This document shows, in pieces, positions 40,185-51,974 of a DNA stretch of 64,000 nucleotides. Made by a program: the position numbers and the translations under genes. This stretch comes from Pecten maximus (taxonomy: Eukaryota), in the NCBI RefSeq assembly GCF_902652985.1, contig NC_047017.1:17360001-17424000 (forward strand), read 5' to 3'. Numbering within the stretch: position 1 is the stretch's first letter; the number at the start of each line of letters is the position of its first letter. The notes under the pieces were generated by a model. The model had not been told where the DNA came from, did no database searches, and saw nothing but the letters and a program-made list of their open reading frames with translations.

Positions 40185-43100
40185 CTATTTCTTTTTCCCA
40201 AGTGGATTAGCATTTGGGTCAAAACTTCCTGCCGACATTGAATTTGGATCAAATGATCCAAAGTGCATGGAGTTGGGATCAAATGATCCAGCTTTCATGG
40301 AGTTGGGGTCAAATGAGCCAGCTTTCATGGAGTCAGGGTCAAATGATCCTGCTGACATAGAGTTAGGGTCAAAGTTCGGCATAGAATTGATGACGTCAGG
40401 ATTAAATGTTCTTTTCCTCCTTCCAGTTCCTGATAATAGAGGAAGTAATCAATTTTTGAAAATCATTTCATTTTTTTTCTGGTAACCTTATTATCAAACC
40501 CTGTACCATTCCGTAGATACTAAAACTATTTCCATTTCTGAAATTAAATCTTACTCGGGTATTATTGATTTTTTAAATGTAGTCTTCCATAATTAATCAA
40601 GTTAGTTGGCTTAGAAGAAGAAAATGCCCCTAGCAGAATAACATTTGTAATTTCATATATTTTATCAAATACTACTAGTTAAATTCTTTGTAGAAAAATA
40701 GCATCATTGATAAAACTTCAATTTGAAGAACTTCATAAAAACTATCATATTATTCTAAGCATTCAGAAAAACAATTGCAATATGAAAATATACAAACCAA
40801 AGTTGTTTATACTGTTGGGATCAAAGGAGCCAGATGAACTTCCGGTAAAAGAATTTGGGTCAAAAGAACCGGATGTACCTTCACCAGATGTAAATTGATT
40901 AGGGTCAAACGACCCACTGCTGCCACTGAAATAGAACGCCCAGATATTGGTAACGAGCAATACAAACATGGAAATGCTTATAATAGACTGGCTGAGAGAT
41001 TTACATCCGTAACACAAAAACACATTCTTTCTTTATCAAAGAAATCATTTTTTATCACAATTGTTCGTTTCACAAAAAAGAAAAGAAACAAAGAAAGAAA
41101 TGCAACCCTTGACACCAGTAAGTACATGATATAGATTCATATTCGTTGGGTTTATGTTATAAAGACATATCTTTTGCTGAAATATATAATCATTGTTCAA
41201 TAAAAGACAACCAAACATTAATATTCCTTATATCAAAAATAACAAAACAAGAAAAAAAAAAAAAAAAACCGACCTTCCCCCGGATCCGCTGGAGAATCCA
41301 CTGCCACTACCAAATCCACCAGTACTGCTTCCGAACCCGGAGCTGCTTCCGTCGCCTCCGAAGTTACTGTTGATTGCGTTAGGGTCGAATGAACCACTTC
41401 CGGTACTGCTGCTGCTGCTACCGTCACCAAAACCATTGGAGCTGAACCCTCCAGAACCAAAGTTCTGGTTTAAGGCATTAGGGTCAAAAGTTCCTGGAAA
41501 TTATCGAGAATTTGAGAATACACAAGACTTTGACTATTTGACATTAGGGCAAATATGATCATCTGTATTATATAAAAAAATCATAGTTGGGTTTCAAAAG
41601 CTGTGATATAAACAAACGAAATGAGTTTGTAATAGACATATACATGTATGCCAATGACGTGCTAGACAAATAAAAAGTAACAACACAATAACAAAAGACA
41701 GCTCCCGGTTGAATCTCATTTAAATATTATTAGCAATAAACTTTACCATTTATAAATAATTCTTATATAATTACAAAAAGATCGAAAACATGCTATAACA
41801 ATACCTTCTGATGATAAGTTCCCACTTCCTTTACAAACTCTCAGCATCGGTTTAACATAATTTGACAGAAACTCACCATACACTAAATATAAATTCACCA
41901 TTTATCAACATAACACAAACTTATCATACACTTAACATAAACTCTCCATACACTAACATAAAACTCGTCAAAGGCTAAACATAAACTCACCATACACTAA
42001 AAATAATTTAATCATACACTAAACATAAACTCACCATACACTTAACATAAACTCACCATACATTTAACATAAACTCACCATACATTTAACATAAACTCAC
42101 CATTCACTTAACATAAACTCACTATACACTAAACATAAACTCACCATACACTAGACATAAACTCACTTTACACTAAAAATAATTTAATTATACACTAAAG
42201 ATAAACTCACAATACATCTAACATAAACTCACCATACACTTAACATAAACTCATCGTACACTTAACATGAACTCACCATACACTAAACATATACTCACCA
42301 TACACTTAACATAAACTGACCATACACTTAACATAAACTCACTATACACTAAACACAAACTCACTATACACTTAACATAAACTCACCATACACTAAACAT
42401 AAACTCACTATACACTAAACATAAACTCACCATACTTAACATAAACTCATTAACGCACAGACACGGAACAGAAAAGCACCAGACACGAACAAGAAAGCAC
42501 CAGACACGTAAACAGAAACGCACCAGACACGAAACAAACCACCAGACACGGAACAGAAACGCACCAGACACGTAACAGAAACGCACCAGACACGGAACAG
42601 AAACGCACAGACACGGAACAGAAACGCACAGACACGGAACAGAAACGCAGCAGACACGAAAAAGATAAACTCACAATACACTAACATAAACTCACCATAC
42701 ACTTAACATAAACTCACCATACACTTAACATAAACTCACAATACACTAAACATAAACTCACCATACACTTAACATAAACTCACTATACACTTAACATAAA
42801 CTCACAATACACTAAACATAAACTCACCATACACTTAACATAAACTCACCATACACTTAACATATACTCATCATACACTTAAAATAAACTCACAATACAC
42901 TTAACATAAACTCACTATACACTTAACATAAACTCACAATACACTAAACATAAACTCACCATACACTTAACATAAACTCACCATACACTTAACATATACT
43001 CATCATACACTAAACATAAACTCACCATACAATTAACATAAACTCACTATACACTTAACATAAACTCACAATACACTAAACATAAACTCACCATACACTT

Positions 43101-44497
43101 AACATAAACTCACCATACACTTAACATATACTCATCATACACTTAAAATAAACTCACAATACACTTAACATAAACTCACCATACACTTAACATAAACTTA
43201 CCATACACTTAACATTTACTCATCATACACTTAACACAAACTCACCATACACTTAACATATACTCATCATACACTTAACATAAACTCACCATACACTTAA
43301 CATAAACTCACAATACACTAAACATAAACTCACCATACACTTAACATAAACTCACCATACACTTAACATAAACTCACAATACACTAAACATTTACTCACC
43401 ATACACTTAACATAAAGTCACTATACACTTAACATAAACTCACCATACATTAAACATAAACTCACCATACACTTAACATAAACCCATTATACACTAAACA
43501 TAAAATCACCATTCACTTAACATAAACTCACCATACACTATCATAAACTCACCATTCACTTAACATAAACTCACCACAAACTAAACATAAACTCACCATA
43601 CACTAAACATAAACTCACCATACACTTAAAATAAACTCACCATACACTTAACATAAACTCACAATACACTTAACATAAATTCACCATACACTTGATATAA
43701 ACTCACCATACACTTAACATAAATTCACCATACACTTAATGTAAACTCACCATACACTTAATATAAATTCACCATACACTTAAGATAAACTCACCATACA
43801 CTTAACATAAACTCACCATACACTTAACATAAACTCACCATACACTAAACATAAACTCACCATACACTTAAAATAAACTCACCATACACTTAACATAAAT
43901 TCACCATACACTTAATATAAACTCACCATACACTTAAAATAAACTCACAATGCACTAAACATAAACTCACCATACACTAAACATAAACTCACCATACACT
44001 AAACATAAACTCACCTTATACTGAACATAAACTCACCATACACTAACATAAACTCACCATACACTTAACATAAACTCACCATACACTTAACATAAACTCA
44101 CCATAAACTCACCATACACTAAACATAAACTCACCATGCACTAAACATAAACTCACCTTACACTGAACATAAACTCACCATACACTAACATAAACTCACC
44201 TTACACTGAACATAAACTCACCATACACTGAACATAAACTCACCATACACTAAACATAAACTCACAATACACTTAACATATACTCACCATACACTAAACA
44301 TAAACTCAACGTACACTTAACATAAACTCACCATACACTTAACATAAACTCACCATACACTTAACATAAACTCGTCAATGACTAAAATAAACTCACTATA
44401 CACTAAACACAAACTCACTGTCGGCCCAACATAACTCACCATCAGCTAAACATAACGGAAGAACAACCAGCAAACAAACACGAGCGAGAGTTGACAT
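40185..44497 (-). CDS. FDPN gene C: secreted Gly/Ser/Phe-rich FDPN-repeat precursor, 216 aa
   Basis: Exons 44440-44497 (MSTLARVCLLVVLPLCLA-D), 41274-41493, 40798-40925, 40185-40429; phases 1,2,1 are consistent and total 651 nt. 12 F[DN]P[ND] motifs, internal GTG-RRKR, C-terminal PLGKKK*. Confidence 0.88.
41868..44450. repeat. 22-bp minisatellite (~105 copies) in gene C intron 1
   Basis: Unit TAAACTCACCATACACTTAACA; its reverse complement contains ATG|GTGAGT. Confidence 0.95.
42455..42665. repeat. Second ~22-bp repeat (~10 copies) embedded in the minisatellite
   Basis: Unit CAGACACGGAACAGAAACGCAC. Confidence 0.9.
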
Positions 44498-46230
44498 CGT
44501 CGAAGTTCTGTAGAAAATGACATAGCTTCCTTGATCAATTGCTTATCTTCCTCGCCTACACTGGAATATGGGTTATCACCGCCAAATTGGTCAACCTGCA
44601 ACTATTGGGGGTCATCCTGCTGACCAGAACCCAGAACGGTCATCTTTTTAGTAATTTATACAATAATTGTTTCAGAGAAATATAAAGATTTTGCAAACTC
44701 CATTAACTATGGGGGCTTTTGCATCCCAACATTCAACCAAAATACTGTATCTATTGCACATGTTTCATATGGTAATTGATTTTTGAAATATGTTTGAACA
44801 TTTCAATGAAAATTTGTTGGACCACCGTACAATATAAACAGTCAATTCAGTTTAAAGAATTTATGTGTTTTGATGCTTGATCCAACATTATTGTCCAGGC
44901 TAAAGTCATATAGCATATATCAAATGTTGTCATTCTTTATAGTCATCGAAGCAGCCATAAAGAATGACATTATTTTGTGATTTTGATGCACACGTGTATA
45001 AAACGATGGGTTGCTATATTATATAGAAACAGACAGAGAATGCAGACATTAAACGGAATAGTAATCCTAGCTTAAAATCTATAAAAACAATGGCAAACTA
45101 TGAATAACTTCTAGATATACATGGAGACAATTGAAAAGATACAAGAACGAGAGGCCAGGCGTCCCGGAAGGGTAAGTGTCTCCTGTTTCTACGCCAAAGT
45201 AATGTAACGTCCTCAAAGAGAGCACTAGGGTAGTGATAATAGAATCACCAGGCATATCAACGCTCCTCAAACAGGGAATTTCGAAACGTCCCGATGAGAT
45301 CCCGACGCCGATCATAAATGTTTGCAATGATCTTCATCAACAGGGACCAAAACAGGAACAAATTTAAATCTCTCATTTTGCAGAAATCTATATCCTATCG
45401 TTATCTTAAAATATTGGCGATAGTGTCAGTTCTGCACAGCTTACTTAAATAAATAGAAACACGCAGATCACAATTTCAAATTGCCTGCTTTAAACTAACT
45501 CATAATTTCTTATATTGAACATTGTCATAACCTCGTTACCTATGCATAAATTGCCGATTTACGCTGACAATATAATGATAATATATCTAACTCCATTATC
45601 AGCTCATATTAGTCATTCAAGCACTTGATGCATCAAAAGTTGAATCCAGCTGAAGAAGTTTTCGTTCGTCACCAATAAATGTAAGTGGATATCTCTATTC
45701 GAGTCGTTTATTAGGGGTCTTAGGAAACAGGAATCTGGACGATAATGACGACGGTTACAATGACAGCTAAATTGAATGAGAAAAATACGTTTCTTACAAA
45801 GTTTTTCATTAAATTTTTGACAGTTGTAATCATAAATGGAAATTGTTTGAATGAAATAGATCTAGACGTAATAAAATCGATTGATTTCTGAAAATCCATC
45901 TATCATGCTTAAAGTAAACTTCCCACCTATGGCCATTTGTTGTGACGTCCTAAATACCCGATATTATAATACCCAAAGATAAAAAGCGTATCGCCTGCGT
46001 GTCTAATTGAAGATAAAAGCCACACAGCTGCTTCCAGGGGGAAGTGACGTAACTGATGATGGCGGGAAATGGAGATAAACCGAGGCAACCTATCTGACTC
46101 TCCGATAATGCTAACTGGACATCATGCTTGGAGATGACAACTGTTAGAGTTATATTACGTTCTGTATTTTAGAAAACATTTACGAGTATTTGCTGTTAAT
46201 TGATTAATTAGTTGATAATTACGAACGAGG

Positions 46231-49200
46231 ATGAGGAGCAATGTGACTTGGACTGCCGTTGCTATGACGATAGTGTTGATTTCCGGTAAGTACCACGTAT
46301 ACGTTTGATTATGAAGAAAATTCAATATTATTCAAAATAATGCTTAGTCATATATATAAGGTGCATTCCCTAAGCAAAAAACGTTGCATTGTTCGTATTT
46401 AATGTTTCAAACATATACGTAATTCCGAATTCCGGAATTAAGAACCACAGTTAATCAATAATTATCAATCACCACCATCTCGACTCATATAACCCCGTCA
46501 CTATGAATACTTATAAAATATTACATTTTATAATTCCTATAACCTAACAAAAAATAGCCAGGCGTTACTTATTTTGAACTTGTCTACCAGTAGTTTGAAA
46601 TTGAACCAGAGGTCATGTTTTATCGTAGTACAGAATGTACTTTTGAACCATATAAGAGCGACTTATTTCCTCACTTTGGCAGCATTGTCAATATACAATT
46701 AAACCCCACCAACTCAAAATCGTATGAACCATGTAAAAAGTTAGAGGATTACGAGGTATTCGAGTAATCAGAAGCTTGTCAAAGATATCGATATCGATCA
46801 CCCCCATTCTGTAAAATCACAGAGGAAATTAACTGAAGTCACCTCTTTATGTTAAGACTGCTTTGGCTATCGAGAACTTTGTAACTCTTTTGTCAGACAT
46901 ATGAAGACTATGCTAACATTCAACATGCATGATATATGTTGACAACAAAATCAATCACTGCTATACATAATGGGATTTTTTAAAATAACTATTTAGTCTG
47001 CATCTATTTAATTGATCAACACATAAATATCATTTTGCAACATGGTGTTATGTGTTTTTCTTTATCTTTACAGGTACCAGTTCAATCGCACTACCCGGCC
47101 TTGACCTTAGCACTAGTGTTGATGACCCCGAACCTTTCCATCTACCTGCATACCTCAGTCCTGTAGGCGAAGGCAGCAAAGGGGTGAAAACCCAGCCCAC
47201 TACTCGCCCCCCTTCCACCCAGCAACCTGCTTCACACAGCATCACCGCCGGGCAAAATGGCGACGCATTCTCAAACTACCTCATAAAGAGTCTCACACAA
47301 ATGGACGCAAACACTCTAAAGACGCTTTCGAATATTATCAATCTGGAATTGAATAAACAAGTACCATCTCATCAGATACAAGGTCAAGCTCAAAGTCAGA
47401 CATATGACAAAGTTAACGTCCAAAGTCCACCTGAGGCAACACATATTGGTCAGTATCCACACATATCTCATGGGATCACCAGTGAGTCTTCAAGTAGCCA
47501 ATATAAACCTTCGACAATGGCAGGAGCTTCCCAAATGAAGCAGGAAGGTCAAGGATATTCTCACTCTAATAACCTATCCAATAAGCCACTTGGTTTGAAC
47601 GGTGGTCAAGCACCGGCTTTCTCACAACAGACCGTTGATCCCTCTAGGAACCAGCAGCCACAAATGGGAACTTCAGTTAGCCAGTCACAATTTAACCCTG
47701 GACAGATGACGGCGTCTAGTATGGGAGGTGGAAATGGTAACACGGTCCAGGGTATTTCTAACTCGATGTTTCAGACTGCTGTAAGCGGTGGCCGGCCGTC
47801 AGCCTCTAATATGGAAGTGGATACGTCATTTGATCCAAACAGACTCATGGCATCGATAGAAGCAGAGACGTCTCAATACAACCCGAATGCATTCATGGCA
47901 AAGCAAAATTACATCACCGCAAACCAATGGAACTTTGCTAAGCAAAACCAGGTACCTCAGAACACACAATACGTCAATCAGGTTCAGACGGATAATTCTG
48001 CCGTAGAACAACAGAAGAAACCAAACATTATGGGAACTACTCAGCTTAATTTTGAATCCTGATATAATGATGACAGCACTAGGCATTAAAGGCCTGAAAT
48101 TTACATTTAATCCCGATAAAATCAACTCGTTTGGAAGCAATGGGTTTCAGCCTGGTTTGTATCCGCAGTCTTCTGGCAATCGGAAGTTGCCGAAGAACAT
48201 GTTCAATGCAGATACAGTCAACAAGATGCTAATGAGTCACGGTGTAGAGCCAAATCATCAGACAAAACAACAGCCAACGAAGGACCAGGCAAGTCAGGTC
48301 GTCCACAAGTCGGTATACAATCCAGATACATTCAATCATCCGGCAGTACACACTGTACCAAACACCTACTTGCAGTTTATTGGAAATGAAGGTAGTGCTA
48401 CTGTGCAGTCATCAGTAAATAACCATATCGGTAATGGTAAATCAGAGCAATCCATACAATCCGAAACACCTTCTCGTCAGCAAAACGGGAATGAATTCCA
48501 CACACATTTATTGTCACCGATCAGTGATATGGGTAGCACGTCATCTATAAACAACACTTTACAGTCAGTGAAGTTCAATCCCGATCAGACAAATGCTGCC
48601 CAACGCCAGTTCGACCCAGAAATATTATATAAATCTCTGTTTGTCGGTGGAGGCAGACATACATTACCTAGCACACACATGACAATATCTCTACGAAAAT
48701 CGGCTCGCGATGAAAATGGAACAGACGCTGCAGAAATCAATACACCTAAACCACAGACAACCAGTTCAAACTCAAAAGATTCAGGACAATCTACAACTCT
48801 ATCGAGTACCGTTACGTCTACCAAACAACCGGAGACAAGTGTTACGTCAACCACGACTGCTACTACAACTGGAGCAGACGGACTCATGTTTAACCCCGAC
48901 AACGTAAATGCAGGCATTGCCCAGATGATGAATTTCAGCCCAGGATCTCTGATGATGGGATACAATCAGATACAAGCAGGGCAGAACACTAATATGGCAA
49001 ATGCTGCATATAACCCTAATCAAATCAATCAAATGGGAGAATTCCAATCAGTGGTGTCTCCCATGATGGCGGCATTAATGGGAGAAAGCGGCGGTGAGAG
49101 TAACATTGGGTCTCAGACTGCCTCTCAGCCTAATCATGACCAGTCTCAAAGTATATCTGTCATGTTTAATCCAGCTGATGTGAATCACGCAAAGATGAGC

Positions 49201-50196
49201 TTCGACATCAACCAGCAGATGGGTTTCAATGAAAATTCAGGCAACGCAATGTTTGACCCCATGAAGATAAATGTTCTTACAAATAAGAATTTAAATAAGT
49301 CGGTCGGTGCTACCAACAAAAACAACTTCTTTAGCTCAAACGGAATGAATATGATGGATAATTCTGTTTTCACCGGAATGTTTGACCCCAACAAAGTCAA
49401 TCAAGCGCCTATGGCAGATATGAAAGTTAACAAACATCAAAATAGTTCAGCTAGCTCTTCAATGATGAATTATATGTCAACATTTTTGGGAGTGGGTAGT
49501 GTTGGAGGTGCTGGGGGATCTGTGTTTGGCGGGAGTTTTAATCCCTCGGAAGTTAATACGGCTGTTTTTAATCCAAATGATGTGAACAATGCACGAATGA
49601 ACTTTGACCCCGCTAATATGCTTGATCGTAATCCTGGTTACGATTCGGAAAAAGCGTCTCAGACAAATTTCGATCCTACAAAGATCAACGATATTCACAT
49701 GAATTTCCAGCCGCCTTTTATACATGTTGATAAAAACAAGGACGTTAACTCTACATCTAATGCATTTAGTCAGTACAACTCCAAATTCACTCCAGGGCAG
49801 CTCTCTCCTAATGGTAACGCTATGGTGTTTAATCCCACTGAGATAAACCAGGCCAAAATGCACTTTAGCGCTGTAGACATTTTCAACTCCACTGACATCG
49901 GAAATTCCATTGTGACACAGGGCAGCTCGCTCTTCAGTCCACAAGTGCCAAATAAAAATTCCAACATTGCGATGCCTGTGTTCGATCCAGTAGCAGTCAA
50001 CAATATGCAAATGAATTTCCTTCCCAATTCAGCATTGGGTGCTTATCAATCCTCTTTAACAACCATCGGAACAAAACCGAAGCCGAGTACCACATCAATG
50101 TCCACCCCTACTTCACCTACTACTACGACAAGGCAGAAAACGTCCATCACAGCTCCAAGTTCTGTTTCATCTCCAAACTCCACCGACGTAAACTGA
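46231..50196 (+). CDS. FDPN gene D: large secreted Asn/Gln/Ser/Met-rich FNP/FDP-repeat protein (~1058 aa if a 1-nt frameshift near 48054 is corrected)
   Basis: Exon 1 46231-46285 (MRSNVTWTAVAMTIVLIS, phase-1 GTAAGT) joins exon 2 from 47074 (TTTACAG). The 336-aa and 714-aa ORFs overlap and share motifs and composition; ~20 [FY][DN]P motifs; AATAAA near 50236. Confidence 0.82.
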
Positions 50197-51974
50197 TAGT
50201 AGTTGCAAGGAAGAATGTGTTTATCATAATGCAAGAAATAAATATTAAATGCTGTTGTGATGATATCTAGCACTGCTTTATTTATTTAATTATTTATGAA
50301 TTTATTAACTTCCATTTTTGTCACTGATCATTACTAACATAAATGTCATACATTTGGTTCAACAAATTTCATGCTTGAACTTTTAATTTCGTTGGTGTAT
50401 ATGAAATGTGACATTAAATTGCTGTGCTGCCCTAGGTCATAGGAGAGATCAAGAAAATGACGGATTTTATCTAATAGTAGTTTTTCGACTATCTCCCTGA
50501 GAAAACCTACCAATCAATGTTTCGTGTTACCACGTTATGAGGAACAAACTGATCAACTGAGAGATGGGTGAAGCAAGCATGTATCTGTTCTTGAACCGTT
50601 CAGTTTGACTTATATGATTAGTGGAGAATTGATGAAGATGATAATGAAATACTAGGCTCTACGCTCGATGGATTGCACAAAATACGCACAAGATATTAAC
50701 ACCTTTCGAAACAGTTTGATACAGTGGAATCAAAATGAATTAAACTTAACCAACAGTTGTTTCAGTCTTATACAATTCGTCAGTGATGCTATGAGAGGCA
50801 AATAAAACCCGAAACAGGCCGAAAGAAATAGATGTCAAAATCTGGATGTTCTGAACTGTGTAACTATTCAAATAAACTAAATCGTGACAAGCAATCTAAG
50901 ATATACCTTGGGGACTTAAAAGTCCACCAGCAGTGTCTACCTCCTGTAATCACTAATAATTGTGCAAAAGACACACAAGCTATTATCACCTTTAAACAAA
51001 TGAGAGTTCGAGACAGTGGAAATGAAGTGAGTTAACTACACCATAATACGACAACGACCCCATACGTGGCGATTTATGCGGCCATAAAGTGCCAATAGAT
51101 AAAGAATGGAGGGAAAGACAAAAAAACCCACAAAAATCGAATATACAATGTATATGTATATAAAAGAGTGTGTCTAATTCTCACTTCGATTCCACATAAT
51201 CATCATCATTACCAAACTTTAAGAGGCACGGTACAATATCTGGTGTACAAATATGGCGCTCCAACAAATATTGAAAAATTATATTTCCTTCAATAAAACA
51301 ACAAAATGATAGACTAAGAACTCATTTTTGACAATTTTAACCAAGGAGAATCTGACCACCCATGGCCCTCGACATGATGTCTACACCATCTGTGTCTATG
51401 GAAGGTAACATAAATGTTGCAGCTAGATTTCGTAGCATATAAGGTACTTTCCTTTTTTCAATTATTTAAGAAACGTATTGGAAGTATAAGCTTGTATCAA
51501 TATATGGGCATGAAAAGACAATAACAACAATTTCATGAAAGAATTTGTGACACGATAAAAACATAAGCACACTTGGCTGAATTGTCCCTTTATTGCAGTA
51601 AATTTTCCATTAAATTATTTCTGTATTCTACAACGTAAGGTTGTATCTTAGAGAGATGGATATATGGTCTCGCTGAAAGGCCAAAATTGTTGTCTATGCC
51701 CAAAACTTTCCGAGGAAAAGGTGCGGTACATGGCACAAACGGAATGCAATGTTATCTTGGAACTAAATAATGCCAAGGTCGACATGTGGTCACTTACGTT
51801 AAGTAGATATTCCTGTACAAGGGAGTAACGGTCAAAGTGTGCCCAGATTGTCCTTCACTCTTGATAACGAACAATGATGTCACGTTTAAGATAATTCATA
51901 TCATATTAGTGTCTTCTCACTTATGTCACCTGCCAGTCCTTTGTCTTCGATAGATTAACACCTTTTCGAACATT

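Noticed and set aside
40185-44497. Classical short neuropeptide precursor
   Set aside because: The FDPN repeats are not individually flanked by basic sites, and I recognise no known neuropeptide family.
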